From: Halanaerobiales bacterium
GTDB taxonomy: Bacteria; Bacillota; Halanaerobiia; B1SED10-174
Length of the DNA stretch: 62,942 nt
Direction: 5' to 3'
NCBI GenBank assembly: GCA_003551905.1
Contig: PUNT01000277.1
Location: 1-62,942, forward strand
The position numbers and the translations under genes are program-made. Under the pieces are notes generated by a model, which worked only from the letters and a program-made list of their open reading frames with translations, was not told where the DNA came from and made no database searches. Shown one piece after another: positions 27,467 to 37,556 of the stretch (positions are counted from its first letter, which is position 1; each line of letters opens with the position of its first letter).

Positions 27467-28324
27467 TTGACTGAACTTCCTCTGGAATATACAGAAAAAT
27501 TCTTAGGTGCTGAGGATAACTGGCAGAAGTCACAGAATGTTATCCTGGGAGTGCCTCTGGACATCACCACAACCTTTCGTCCCGGAACCCGCTTTGGGCC
27601 AAGGGAAATAAGGTTTCTTTCCCATTCCCTGGAACTGTACAGCCCTTTTCAGAAGCGGAGCCTGGAAAGAATTGATTTTGCCGATGCTGGTGATTTAATG
27701 CTGCCAGCAGGAGATTTACAGGGCAGCCTGAATCGGATTGAAAGGATGGTAGACGTTTTTCTGTCTGATTCCCACCGACCTTTTATTCTGGGAGGAGAGC
27801 ATCTTCTGACCTGGCCGGCAGTAAAGGCCTGTCTAAAATATCACCCTGATCTGGTAATCCTGGTATGGGATGCCCATGGGGACATGCGCAAGGATAAGGA
27901 TGGTTACTCCCTGAATCATGGCACTGTTATGAACCTGATTCGAGAGGCCGTGGGTGGAGAGAGAATGTATCTCATGGGAGTGCGCTCTGAATGCGAGACG
28001 GGTATGGAGCGGGCCAGGGAAACCAATATATTCCTACAGGATGTTTTGGAGCCAATGAAGAGAGTAAGAGAGGAGATTATGGGAAAACCTGTTTACTTTT
28101 CCCTGGATATAGATGTAGTTGATCCAGCATTTGCGCCGGGAACTGGAGCTCCGGAACCGGCCGGCATTACCAGCCGGGAATTGATGTCAGCCCTTGCTTT
28201 GCTTGAGGATCTAAATATAGTAGGAGCTGACCTGGTAGAAGTTGCCCCTGCCTATGATCCCTCTCAGATAACTGCTCTCCTTGCTGCCAGGTCAATGAGG
28301 GAATTGCTTCTCATGCAGGGATGA
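27467..28324 (+). CDS. speB: Agmatinase (arginase/ureohydrolase family)
   Basis: 285 aa with a TTG start. Metal-binding motifs GGEHLLT, WDAHGD and SLDIDVVDPAFAPGTGAPEPAG. Confidence 0.9.
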   Translation: MTELPLEYTEKFLGAEDNWQKSQNVILGVPLDITTTFRPGTRFGPREIRFLSHSLELYSPFQKRSLERIDFADAGDLMLPAGDLQGSLNRIERMVDVFLSDSHRPFILGGEHLLTWPAVKACLKYHPDLVILVWDAHGDMRKDKDGYSLNHGTVMNLIREAVGGERMYLMGVRSECETGMERARETNIFLQDVLEPMKRVREEIMGKPVYFSLDIDVVDPAFAPGTGAPEPAGITSRELMSALALLEDLNIVGADLVEVAPAYDPSQITALLAARSMRELLLMQG

Positions 28325-28343
28325 GAAAAGGAGGTGCTTATCA

Positions 28344-28547
28344 GTGGATTGTGACAATAAGGATAAGAACATGGAGGTATGCAATTGTACCTATCCAGGT
28401 TGTCCCCGCAAGGGGATTTGTTGTGAGTGTGTAGCCCATCACCGCAAGTTAAATCAGCTACCAGCATGTTTTTTCCCTGCCCATATAGAGAAAACATATG
28501 ACCGTTCGTATGCTGCTTTTATTCGGGCTCACAGTAAAGGAGAATAG
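28344..28547 (+). CDS. Small Cys-rich protein (DUF6485-like)
   Basis: 67 aa. CNCTYPGCPRKGICCECVAHH. Family name recalled from memory. Confidence 0.5.
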   Translation: MDCDNKDKNMEVCNCTYPGCPRKGICCECVAHHRKLNQLPACFFPAHIEKTYDRSYAAFIRAHSKGE

Positions 28548-28550
28548 CCA

Positions 28551-29312
28551 GTGGAAAGCTCAACTCTAAAGGATATAAAGGATATTGTTGCTCATTATGG
28601 GGGTACAGCTGCTTCAGCTTTGCTTCCTGAAGAGCTGCAGGAATTCGTCCGGGATAGGGGTGGAGTGGACTTCAAGGGCTTGAAAGGAATTATTTCTTTT
28701 GCCATTCCATTTCCGGGAGCAGTTATAGATCAACTCCAGGAAGGCCCATCTCGGACCTATCTCTATTATTACAATGTTGTAAACGCTATCATTGACTCTC
28801 TAGCCATGAGAATCTCCAGTTCTTTGGAAGAAGAAGGCTGGAATTCATTCCCCATTCCAGCTTCTCAGCGTACAGGTGATAAATTTCAAAGTATTTTCCC
28901 CCACCGCTCAGCAGCTCGTCTGGCAGGTTTAGGGTGGATAGGCCTGAGCTGCCATATTATCGTTCCCGGCAGAGGCCCCCGGGTGAGATTGGGTACAGTT
29001 CTCACCGATGCCCCTCTTCCTGAAGGGAAAATTATGGAGTCAGGTTGTGGTAACTGCCAGGCTTGCGTTCAGGCATGTCCGCCGGGAGCTATAAAGGGTG
29101 TTCCCTTTCTTCCCCAGGTTCCTCTGGAAGAAAGGTTTGATCCTCAAGCCTGCCATAACTATAAGAACAGAGTTAGGGAGTCTTTTGGCAGACGGGTGTG
29201 TGGATTGTGCCTGGCAGTATGTCCGGAAGGGCAGAATCTGGGGTTAACCCGGGGGCGGGATAATGAAATTATGTTTCCATCTCCAGGGTCAGGAGTACTG
29301 GAGGGTTATTGA
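28551..29312 (+). CDS. 4Fe-4S cluster-binding protein related to epoxyqueuosine reductase (short form)
   Basis: 253 aa. CGNCQACVQACPPGAI and CGLCLAVCP ferredoxin-type motifs. GTG start 7 nt after AAGGAG. Confidence 0.6.
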   Translation: MESSTLKDIKDIVAHYGGTAASALLPEELQEFVRDRGGVDFKGLKGIISFAIPFPGAVIDQLQEGPSRTYLYYYNVVNAIIDSLAMRISSSLEEEGWNSFPIPASQRTGDKFQSIFPHRSAARLAGLGWIGLSCHIIVPGRGPRVRLGTVLTDAPLPEGKIMESGCGNCQACVQACPPGAIKGVPFLPQVPLEERFDPQACHNYKNRVRESFGRRVCGLCLAVCPEGQNLGLTRGRDNEIMFPSPGSGVLEGY

Positions 29313-29832
29313 CCTGATTTAAGAACCGGTATTCCAGTACTGTAATCTTTTCCTGGTCAAGGTTGGCCAAATAACCCTCAAGGGCCTCCAATTCTTCCTT
29401 GCCACCAGGATGACCATGGTAGGCCACAATGGTTATAAGGCCGCCGGGCTCGGTAATATTTATAGCACTTTCCACTGCTTTGATAGTGGACTCAGGACGA
29501 GTAATGATATTGTGGTCACCACCGGGTAGATAGCCCAGGTTGAACATTACTGCTTTAACAGGAACAGGAACTAACCGGGATAAGTGGCTGTGATCAGCTT
29601 GAATTAACTCTACCCTGTCCAAGAAACCCTTTGTTTTCAATAAGGCACTTGTCTTTTTGATGGCTTCGGTTTGAATGTCCACACTGTAGACTTTACCAGA
29701 GGATCCTACCAGATGGGCTAAAAGGAGCGTATCCTTTCCATTGCCAGCAGTCGCATCTACAGCTTTATCTCCTGGCTTGAGGAGTGTTGATATGAGTTTG
29801 TGGCTTTTTTCCAGTGCCCCGGCTAGGAGCAT
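29269..29832 (-). CDS. Class I SAM-dependent methyltransferase, YtqB/MnmM-like
   Basis: 187 aa. DATAGNGKDTLLLAHLVGSSGKVYSVDIQ ... FNLGYLPGGDH matches the pattern of the putative rRNA methylase family PF06962. Confidence 0.7.
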   Translation of the reverse strand: MLLAGALEKSHKLISTLLKPGDKAVDATAGNGKDTLLLAHLVGSSGKVYSVDIQTEAIKKTSALLKTKGFLDRVELIQADHSHLSRLVPVPVKAVMFNLGYLPGGDHNIITRPESTIKAVESAINITEPGGLITIVAYHGHPGGKEELEALEGYLANLDQEKITVLEYRFLNQVNNPPVLLTLEMET

Positions 29833-29874
29833 ATTCTTTCCCTCCTAACATAATAGAATAAGGAGTGGATCTTT

Positions 29875-30363
29875 TTGAGAATAGGGGTAATTTCAGATAC
29901 TCATATTCCCCAGCAGGCAGGGCAGCTGCCCGACCTGGTGCTCCGAGAATTGCAAGCAGTTGATCTTATCATTCATGCTGGGGATTATGTAGTGCAGGAA
30001 GTAATTGAGGTTTTGCAAGAACTGGCTCCCTTTCATGGAGTCCGGGGAAATATGGACTCGCCTAAGATACAAAAACTCTTACCGGAGAAAGAAATAATTA
30101 AGGTTGAAGACGTTTGCATAGGGATTATTCATGGTTATGGTATGGGACCCCATGCCTTGCAGAAAGCCCAGATGGAATTTTCCCGGGAGAATGTTGATGC
30201 TGTAGTCTTCGGGCACACCCACAACCCATATAACAGAGTTCATCGGGGAAAACTCTTTTTTAACCCCGGTTCTCCCACTGCAAAAAGGGATCAGGATCAA
30301 TTCACCATGGGGTTTCTGGATATTCATGGTAAGGAGATTCAGGGCGAGATATTAAAGTTTTAG
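29875..30363 (+). CDS. YfcE/MJ0936-family metallophosphoesterase
   Basis: 162 aa. ISDTH, HAGD, GNMD, HGY and GHTH motifs in the canonical order. Confidence 0.85.
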   Translation: MRIGVISDTHIPQQAGQLPDLVLRELQAVDLIIHAGDYVVQEVIEVLQELAPFHGVRGNMDSPKIQKLLPEKEIIKVEDVCIGIIHGYGMGPHALQKAQMEFSRENVDAVVFGHTHNPYNRVHRGKLFFNPGSPTAKRDQDQFTMGFLDIHGKEIQGEILKF

Positions 30364-30375
30364 GAGGTAGTAAAG

Positions 30376-30726
30376 ATGGAGATCTATGACCTGGCCCATA
30401 AGCTGGCCAAAGCTTTAAAAGAATCTGAGGAGTACCAGGAGTTTGATCAGCTTCGGCAAAAAGTTCAATCTGATAGCAGTACAGTGAAAATGATCAAGGA
30501 TTATCAGATGCTGCAGCTGCAGGTTCAAACAGCCCAGTACATGGGACAGGAAGTTGATGAGAAAGACCAGGAGAGGTTGAAAAAGCTGGAAGAGCTTATA
30601 AATCTGAACGCAACAGTGCAGAAATATCTACAGGCTGAAAATCACATGGGGCTGCTCCTTCAGGATATCCAAAGGATAATGACCAGTTCTTTAGACCTGA
30701 CACTCAAAGAAGAGAAGGAGGAGTAG
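30376..30726 (+). CDS. YlbF/YmcA family protein
   Basis: 116 aa helical protein. The N-terminus IYDLAHKLAKALKESEEYQEF is typical of the family. Confidence 0.7.
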   Translation: MEIYDLAHKLAKALKESEEYQEFDQLRQKVQSDSSTVKMIKDYQMLQLQVQTAQYMGQEVDEKDQERLKKLEELINLNATVQKYLQAENHMGLLLQDIQRIMTSSLDLTLKEEKEE

Positions 30727-30732
30727 CAAGCT

Positions 30733-31542
30733 ATGAAACTGGATCTCCTGGCTCTAGATATAGATGGGACCTTGCTTGACCATAAGGGAGAAATCACCCC
30801 CCGGACCAGGGAGGTATTGCAGGAAATAAGGCTTCAGGGGACCAGTATAGTGCTGGCAACAGGACGCCGTTTTTCCTCCACCTTGCCTGTAGTGGAAGAA
30901 TTACAAATTGATACGCCTGTTATAACTCATAACGGAGCCTTAATATTTGAGCCTAACAGTCGGAATATTATCTATGATCAGGCCATAAAAATGGCGGATG
31001 TGTTGCCTTTTATTTCCTTAGATATGGAAGAACTGGATTTTTACCTGCACTGTGCAGATAATATTCTCTTCTACTATCAGCCCAGGCATAGCTGGGGCAT
31101 TAGGTACCTGAAGAGAAATGGTCCATATGTGGAAAATATAAAAGAAGATGGCTTTGATGGACGGCCGGTGCATCGGCTGGTGATTTGTGGTAGAGATGGA
31201 CAGGTATCCTCCTTCCAGGAGAAGGTTTTTGAAGTGAAAGGTGAGATTCGCCAGATATATCTAAAATCAAAGGTTGATGAGGGAATCACTTTACTGGAAA
31301 TACTCCACAGCAATGCCAGCAAGGGTACAGCTCTTCAGCATCTGGCCGGAAAATGGCAAATCCCACCCCAGAATGTACTGGCAGTGGGGGATGAAACAAA
31401 CGATATGGAAATGATAAAGTGGGCAGGAATGGGAGTGGCCATGGGGAATGCGGTCCCAGAATTAAAGGAAACAGCAGACCGGGTGTGCAGAGATAATACC
31501 CAGGAAGGTCTTGCTTTGCTCCTGGAGGAGATATCTGGTTAG
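30733..31542 (+). CDS. Cof-type HAD-IIB family hydrolase
   Basis: 269 aa. LALDIDGTLL, ATGR and VGDETNDMEM motifs. Confidence 0.85.
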   Translation: MKLDLLALDIDGTLLDHKGEITPRTREVLQEIRLQGTSIVLATGRRFSSTLPVVEELQIDTPVITHNGALIFEPNSRNIIYDQAIKMADVLPFISLDMEELDFYLHCADNILFYYQPRHSWGIRYLKRNGPYVENIKEDGFDGRPVHRLVICGRDGQVSSFQEKVFEVKGEIRQIYLKSKVDEGITLLEILHSNASKGTALQHLAGKWQIPPQNVLAVGDETNDMEMIKWAGMGVAMGNAVPELKETADRVCRDNTQEGLALLLEEISG

Positions 31543-31546
31543 TATT

Positions 31547-31568
31547 AAAGGGGGAATCCCCCCCCCTT
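31547..31568. terminator. Short GC-rich hairpin between convergent genes (possible bidirectional terminator)
   Basis: AAGGGGG-AAT-CCCCCCCCTT. Confidence 0.4.
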
Positions 31569-31803
31569 AAATACTATCAACTGATTCTACTCGTTCAACT
31601 TCAGGTATTTCTGCTTTGAGAATTCTTTCAATACCGTTCTTCAAGGTCATGGCTGCCATGGGACAGCCATGGCAGGCACCGGTGAGGCGAACTTTTACCA
31701 CCCCGTTCTCAACCTCAACCAGTTCCACGTCACCGCCATCAGCCTGCAGGTTGGGGCGGATTTTATTAAGGGTTTCTTCTACTTTTTCTATCAAATCTAA
31801 CAC
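31567..31803 (-). CDS. NifU-like (Nfu C-terminal domain) Fe-S cluster assembly protein
   Basis: 78 aa. GGDVELVEVENGVVKVRLTGACHGCPMAAMTLK. Confidence 0.85.
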   Translation of the reverse strand: MLDLIEKVEETLNKIRPNLQADGGDVELVEVENGVVKVRLTGACHGCPMAAMTLKNGIERILKAEIPEVERVESVDSI

Positions 31804-31903
31804 CTCCTGCTTTCCTTGTTATTTTGTTTCGTTACGGGAAATTTATTTCCTTTATTTTTCTATACTAGGACAGTAGGACAGGGGGTGTGGTCAGGAGGGG
31901 CTA

Positions 31904-33211
31904 ATGTTACCCAAGTACCAGAAACTTCTGGAATTTATAGAGTCACTGCCTCAGGGGGAAAGCATATCGGTCCGGAGCCTGGCCGGCCAAAAAAATGTGA
32001 GCCAGGGTACCGCCTATCGGGCCATAAAAGAAGCAGATAAGAGGGGATTGGTGAAAACCATGCCCCGGGTGGGAACGGTACGGGTTGCAGATGCTAACAT
32101 CAGACGCATCCGGGAACTTACTTTCCAGGAAGTAACTCATATAGTAGAAGGAGAGGTCCTTGGGGGACATGCAGGGCTTAATAAAACCCTGAACAGGTTT
32201 CTAATTGCTGCCATGGAACTATCTGCTGCTGCTAAATATATTGCCCAGGGTAATCTGGTAATTGTGGGTAATCGGGAGGATATACAGGAATATGCACTGC
32301 AGAATAATGCTCCAGTATTGATAACAGGTGGATTTAATGCTCCCTCGGAAATCCTCAAGATCGCTGATGCCAATGAGCTGCCGGTAATATCTACTGCCTA
32401 TGATACTTTTTCCACTGCTTCACTTATCAGTAGAGCCATTAACGAGCGGATGGTGGAGAAGAAGATCCTTCTGGTTGAAGATATAATGGTTAGATCTGTT
32501 CACACGCTAGAAGTGTGGGGCCGGGTTGCCCACTGGTACCAAAAACTACGGAAAACCCATCATACTCGTTTTCCTGTTGTAGATGAAGAAGGCATAGTTT
32601 TGGGGATGGTAACAGCTAAGGATGTTGCAGAGGAGGATGAAAACATTCCCCTGAACCGACTCATGACCAGGGATTTACTGAAAGTTTTTCCCAAAACGTC
32701 CTTAGCTTATGCTTCCCACCTCATGGTCTGGGGTGGTGTGCAACTGCTGCCGGTAGTGGACGAAAACCAAAAGCTCATGGGGATAATTACCCGCCAGGAT
32801 GTTATTAATGCTTTGCACTCAATGCAGAAACAGCCTCAGGTAGGAGAGGCTCTAGAAACACGTTTAATGAGTTCTGTCGAGCTCAAAAGAAAAGGAGATA
32901 TAGTTGTGCTCATGGGTAAGGTCAAAGGTTATATGCTGAATGATGTTGGAGTCATGAGCAAGGGGGTAATGAGCCTTTTAATTTCCTACCTGGCATCTGT
33001 AAGCATGCAGGAGTTATACAAGTTCCGGGGCGAACTGGAAAATCTCCAGCTGTATTTTCTCTATCCCCTGATGCTGGGAAACAGCTTTGAAATTACTGCA
33101 GAGGTTACCCAGGTTAGCAAAAAGGAGGCTCTCATTGAGCTCCGGGTAGTAAACGGCCAGGGACAACCGGCAGCTAAAGGTATGGCCTGGGGGAAAATAA
33201 TGGGCGGTTAA
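31904..33211 (+). CDS. YtoI-like protein (wHTH, DRTGG, CBS pair and hotdog-like domains)
   Basis: 435 aa. Size, domain order and position next to ytrI/ytrH/dnaE match B. subtilis ytoI. Confidence 0.75.
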   Translation: MLPKYQKLLEFIESLPQGESISVRSLAGQKNVSQGTAYRAIKEADKRGLVKTMPRVGTVRVADANIRRIRELTFQEVTHIVEGEVLGGHAGLNKTLNRFLIAAMELSAAAKYIAQGNLVIVGNREDIQEYALQNNAPVLITGGFNAPSEILKIADANELPVISTAYDTFSTASLISRAINERMVEKKILLVEDIMVRSVHTLEVWGRVAHWYQKLRKTHHTRFPVVDEEGIVLGMVTAKDVAEEDENIPLNRLMTRDLLKVFPKTSLAYASHLMVWGGVQLLPVVDENQKLMGIITRQDVINALHSMQKQPQVGEALETRLMSSVELKRKGDIVVLMGKVKGYMLNDVGVMSKGVMSLLISYLASVSMQELYKFRGELENLQLYFLYPLMLGNSFEITAEVTQVSKKEALIELRVVNGQGQPAAKGMAWGKIMGG

Positions 33212-33684
33212 GGTGGTGCTTCTTCTGCCTGCAAGTAAAATGATAGAGTTTCTTTGATTATTATCAGCTCAACATCGACGGTTATGTTCTGTTTGTCGAT
33301 AATAAATAGCCTGTCTTCAAAGAGTATAAGGAGACTCAGGGGGTCTAACTCTTTAAGAGGTCTGCCAAAAAAGGGATAAATCATCTCTTTTATTCTCTGT
33401 TCCAGGGTTTGCAGGGTATGTCGGCTAAGGGGGCTTTCAATGAAAACCTCTACACCTTCTACCGGCCTTTGTCGATGGGTAGCCAGGCTTTCTTCCAGCC
33501 TGGTCAGCTTTTGTTCTTTTTCATTGAGCATTGCTATTAATCTTTCCTGTTCCAGAAGTAAATCGTCCATGCGCCGGCTTACCAGTATGGTAATGGTTGA
33601 GCCTCCTAAGATGAAACCCAGGAGGAAAAATACCAGGAGGCGGAATAGGTCATGCCGGTTCAGGGTGAGAAAATTCATGGCCAC
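33208..33684 (-). CDS. ytrI: Sporulation membrane protein YtrI-like
   Basis: 158 aa. One N-terminal TM helix and a coiled region. It lies immediately downstream of ytrH, as in Bacillus. The assignment rests mainly on position. Confidence 0.55.
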   Translation of the reverse strand: MAMNFLTLNRHDLFRLLVFFLLGFILGGSTITILVSRRMDDLLLEQERLIAMLNEKEQKLTRLEESLATHRQRPVEGVEVFIESPLSRHTLQTLEQRIKEMIYPFFGRPLKELDPLSLLILFEDRLFIIDKQNITVDVELIIIKETLSFYLQAEEAPP

Positions 33685-33996
33685 CTAGAGCCCTCCTGCC
33701 AGCACCATTATTATCCAGTACCCCAGCTGTGCACCGAGGAAGGCACTCAAAAGAACCAGAAACTGCTGCAGGATCAGACTCAGGTCTCCCTGGAAAAACA
33801 CTCCTTCCAGGTGTCGCAGGTGGACGAAGGTTCCCCCAATAGCACATATAACAGCATAAAGCTTAAGATCATCAGCAAATCTGATCATTGCTTTAAGGGG
33901 AGAAATGCCACTGATAAGGGAACCCAGGGCTCCTATGAAGGTGCCCCCCAGCACAATCCCCAGGGCCATGAAAAAAACTGGCAGATATTTATCCAT
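33685..33996 (-). CDS. ytrH: Sporulation membrane protein YtrH
   Basis: 103 aa. GIVLGGTFIGALGSL ... LKLYAVICAIGGTF ... EGVFFQGD aligns well with B. subtilis YtrH as I recall it. Confidence 0.8.
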   Translation of the reverse strand: MDKYLPVFFMALGIVLGGTFIGALGSLISGISPLKAMIRFADDLKLYAVICAIGGTFVHLRHLEGVFFQGDLSLILQQFLVLLSAFLGAQLGYWIIMVLAGGL

Positions 33997-34118
33997 TGTT
34001 AAGCCTCCTCATGTAAAAGGGTATGCTCATTTACTTAAAGGTAGAACGCTAGCAATTTTTCTGGGGAGAAGGAATACTACCAGCAGAAAAGAATAACTAA
34101 AGGGAAGGAGGGAGCCAA

Positions 34119-37100
34119 TTGAACAATTTTGTTCATCTGCATCTGCACAGTCAGTACAGTCTTCTGGATGGGGCAGTATCCCTGGAAGAGCTATTCAAGC
34201 AATTGAAGAATAAAGAAATGGACAGTGTAGCTTTAACAGATCACGGTGTTATGTATGGAATTATTCCTTTTTTCCGCATGGCAAAGAAAGCTAAGGTTCA
34301 TCCGGTGCTGGGTTGTGAGTTCTATGTTGCGCCTGGCTCCCATACAGATAAAAAGGGCCGCAATGATGAAAATCCCTATCACCTGGTTCTCCTGGCAGAA
34401 AATAATCAGGGCTATCAGAATCTTCTGGAGCTGGCGAGTATAGCCAATACCACTGGCTTTTATTATAAACCCCGGATTGATAAGGACCTTCTCTACCGTC
34501 ATCGGCAGGGTCTTATTGGTCTTTCTGCCTGTCTTTCGGGAGAGATCCCCCAGTTAATATTACAGGGTCAGCATGATCAGGCCTGGACTGCCCTGAAGGA
34601 TTATCTGCAAATACTGGGCCAGGATAATTTTTTTCTGGAAATTCAGGATCACGATCTTGATGATGAAAAGAAAGTTAACAGTTGCCTGGAGGATATGGCC
34701 AGTAAGGAAGGAATAGGACTGGTAGCCACCAATGATGTCCATTACCTGGATAAAGGTGATGCTGAGATACACGATGTTCTTCTCTGTATACAGACAGGCA
34801 AGACGCTGGAGGAGGAGGACCGTCTCAAGTTCCCCAACGACCTTTTCTACCTCCGGACGCCTCAGGAAATGGAGGAACTTTTCCAGAACAACCTGGAAGC
34901 AGTTAAAAGAACCAAAGATATAGCTGAGCGCTGTCAGGTGGAGATAGACTTTGACAAGTTTTGTCTTCCTGATTATCCCCTGCCCCAGGGGGAAAGGGAT
35001 GAAGAACTGCTAAAAAAACTCTGTCTTGAGGGATTGAATAAGCTGTCTGAGGTTACACCAGAGATTGAGGAGAGGCTGGAATATGAGCTAAAGATAATAA
35101 TTCAGATGGGTTTTGCCTCCTATTTCCTCATTGTTAGAGATTTTATCGTTTTTGCCCGGCAGGAAGGGATTGCTGTTGGGCCTGGTCGGGGGTCAGTTGC
35201 TGGTAGTCTGGTGGCATATCTAATGGGAATTACCGGTGTTAACCCTCTGGAGTATGGGTTGATATTTGAACGATTTCTCAACCCGGAACGGGTAACCATG
35301 CCGGATATTGATATTGATTTTTGTTTTGAACGCAGAGATGAAGTTATTCATTATGTGCAGGAAAAATATGGCAAGGAGCGGGTGGCACAAATTCTAACAT
35401 TTGGGACCATGGCTGCCCGGGGGGCCATAAGAGATGTGGGCAGAGTTCTTGGCCTGCCCTATGGGGACGTGGATAAGATTGCCAAGGAAGTCCCCTCTAG
35501 TCCTGGTATTAGCCTGGAAAATGCTCTGGAAGAAGCACCGGGGTTGAAGAAAATGTATCAGGAGGATCCCTCAGCCCGTCGTTTAATAGAGCTGGCCCGG
35601 CGCCTTGAAGGTGCTCCCAGACACACCTCCACTCACGCAGCAGGTGTTGTAATAACGCCGGAAAAATTAACCCATTATACACCGCTGCAGAAGACCAAGG
35701 AGGAAATCACCACTCAATACGGCATGGAGGAGCTGGAATCCATAGGTCTTTTGAAGTTTGATTTTCTGGCCCTGAGAACTCTCACAGTTATCGATCATGC
35801 CTGCAAGTTGATCAAAGAAAGAACCGGCCGGGATCTGGACATGGCCAAGATCCCCATGGAGGATAAAGAAACCTATGACTTACTGAAAACCGGTCATACC
35901 CTGGGAATATTTCAGATGGAATCAGACCTTTATAAGGGGCTTACCCGGGAGTATCAGCCGGAGACTTTTGAAGATATAATCGCTATTATTGCCCTGGGTC
36001 GGCCCGGGCCCATGGGCAGTGATCGCCTGGGGGATTTTATCCAATGTCGTCATGGACGCAAGAAGGTGGAATATCCCCACCCCATCCTGGAGCCGATTCT
36101 CAAGGAGACCTATGGCATCATATTATATCAGGAACAGGTAATGAAAATTGCCAGTCAGATTGGCGGTTTTAGCATGGGGGAAGCGGATATACTGCGCCGG
36201 GGAATGGGCAAGAAGAAAGGTAGCTTGTTTCAACAGTATGAAGAAAAGTTTCTCCAGGAGGCAGTCAAGAACGGTTTGGAAAAACCAAAAGCTGAAGAAA
36301 TTTTTAACCTTATGGAATTTTTTGGTAGATATGGTTTCAATAAATCACACTCAGCTGCCTATGCTCTTATCTCCTATCAGACTGCTTACCTGAAAGCTCA
36401 TTTTCCCCTGGAGTTCATGGCAGCCCTTTTGAATTCGGTGAAAGGTTTAACAGAAAAAGTTGCCCAGTATATTGATGAGTGCAAGGAAATGGGAATAAAG
36501 GTTTTGCCGCCGGATGTGAATGAGTGTGGGTTTGATTTTACCATTCGGGAGAGTTCCATTCGCTTTGGACTGGCTGCTATAAAGAATGTGGGGCGGGGAG
36601 CAATTGAGACTATTATTTTGGCTCGGGAGGAGAGGCCTTTTGTTTCCCTCCTTGACTTTTGCCAGCGGGTTGATCTGAGTAAGATTAACATCAGGGTGCT
36701 GGAGAGCCTCATCAGAGGGGGAGCCATGGATTCTTTGGGATTGAAGCGAGCCCAGATGATGAGTATCCTGGGCCTAACCTATAAGCGAGCTCAGGAATCC
36801 CGGAAGGCCAGGGCTCAGGGACAGCGTTCACTCCTTGAACTCATGGAGGGGGGAGATGAATTTTATCAGGATGTCAATGTGCCTGAAATAGAGGAATTTG
36901 CCAAGACCCAGCTTTTGAAGATGGAGAGAGAGACCCTGGGGTTTTATATCTCCGGCCATCCTCTGGATAGCTATGGAGAGTCTCTCCGTCTCAAAGGGGC
37001 AATAGATACTGTTCAGTTAAGAGAACTGTCAGATCAGGAACATGCTGTATTTGGCGGTATCATAAATAAGGTTACCACATACCAGACTCGCAAAGGTCAG

Positions 37101-37556
37101 CCAATGGCTTTTGTGACTCTAGAGGACTGGTATGGCCAGGTAGAAACCATTTGTTTCCCGGATGTTTATGAAAAAACCAGGGATATTCTTTTAGATGACG
37201 AAGCTGTGCTGGTTAAAGGTAAAGTTGACAGGCAGGACGAGGAACAGATTAAGGTCATAGTTTCTGAACTTAGTTTGCTATATGAGCCCCTACAACTGGA
37301 GCTTTCCCTGGATCAATTAGAAACTGCTCACCTGACAGAGTTGAAAAAAACTCTCAGTGCTGTTCCCAGCGAAGTTCCTGTTCATATTAGAATTTGCAGG
37401 GGAGAAGAGCATTTAACCCTAGTTCCGGGTAAAGAATACTGGGCACCTAAGGATGAGGAAGCCCAGAAAGAAGTCCTGAAAAGCATGGAACAGCTCTTTC
37501 AGAATTTGAAGGTTGATCAAAGTCAGGAGGAATATGATGAAGGCAAAGGTTATTGA
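34119..37556 (+). CDS. dnaE: DNA polymerase III alpha subunit
   Basis: 1145 aa with a TTG start. PHP domain (FVHLHLHSQYSLLDG), polymerase core (MPDIDIDF, GRPGPM, FNKSHSAAYA) and an OB fold. Confidence 0.95.
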   Translation: MNNFVHLHLHSQYSLLDGAVSLEELFKQLKNKEMDSVALTDHGVMYGIIPFFRMAKKAKVHPVLGCEFYVAPGSHTDKKGRNDENPYHLVLLAENNQGYQNLLELASIANTTGFYYKPRIDKDLLYRHRQGLIGLSACLSGEIPQLILQGQHDQAWTALKDYLQILGQDNFFLEIQDHDLDDEKKVNSCLEDMASKEGIGLVATNDVHYLDKGDAEIHDVLLCIQTGKTLEEEDRLKFPNDLFYLRTPQEMEELFQNNLEAVKRTKDIAERCQVEIDFDKFCLPDYPLPQGERDEELLKKLCLEGLNKLSEVTPEIEERLEYELKIIIQMGFASYFLIVRDFIVFARQEGIAVGPGRGSVAGSLVAYLMGITGVNPLEYGLIFERFLNPERVTMPDIDIDFCFERRDEVIHYVQEKYGKERVAQILTFGTMAARGAIRDVGRVLGLPYGDVDKIAKEVPSSPGISLENALEEAPGLKKMYQEDPSARRLIELARRLEGAPRHTSTHAAGVVITPEKLTHYTPLQKTKEEITTQYGMEELESIGLLKFDFLALRTLTVIDHACKLIKERTGRDLDMAKIPMEDKETYDLLKTGHTLGIFQMESDLYKGLTREYQPETFEDIIAIIALGRPGPMGSDRLGDFIQCRHGRKKVEYPHPILEPILKETYGIILYQEQVMKIASQIGGFSMGEADILRRGMGKKKGSLFQQYEEKFLQEAVKNGLEKPKAEEIFNLMEFFGRYGFNKSHSAAYALISYQTAYLKAHFPLEFMAALLNSVKGLTEKVAQYIDECKEMGIKVLPPDVNECGFDFTIRESSIRFGLAAIKNVGRGAIETIILAREERPFVSLLDFCQRVDLSKINIRVLESLIRGGAMDSLGLKRAQMMSILGLTYKRAQESRKARAQGQRSLLELMEGGDEFYQDVNVPEIEEFAKTQLLKMERETLGFYISGHPLDSYGESLRLKGAIDTVQLRELSDQEHAVFGGIINKVTTYQTRKGQPMAFVTLEDWYGQVETICFPDVYEKTRDILLDDEAVLVKGKVDRQDEEQIKVIVSELSLLYEPLQLELSLDQLETAHLTELKKTLSAVPSEVPVHIRICRGEEHLTLVPGKEYWAPKDEEAQKEVLKSMEQLFQNLKVDQSQEEYDEGKGY

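Noticed and set aside
28545-28553. A single in-frame TAG (plus one codon) separates the Cys-rich 67-aa ORF from the 4Fe-4S protein ORF. Stop read-through or pyrrolysine was considered.
   Set aside because: The downstream GTG at 28551 has a good AAGGAG at ideal spacing. The two proteins are recognisable as separate families. Being in the same frame at a 3-nt gap is expected by chance about one time in three.
29269-29312. A 44-bp convergent 3' overlap between the 4Fe-4S protein gene and the YtqB-like methyltransferase gene.
   Set aside because: Tail-to-tail overlaps of this size occur in compact genomes. Nothing else suggests antisense regulation, and either C-terminus could be slightly mis-called.
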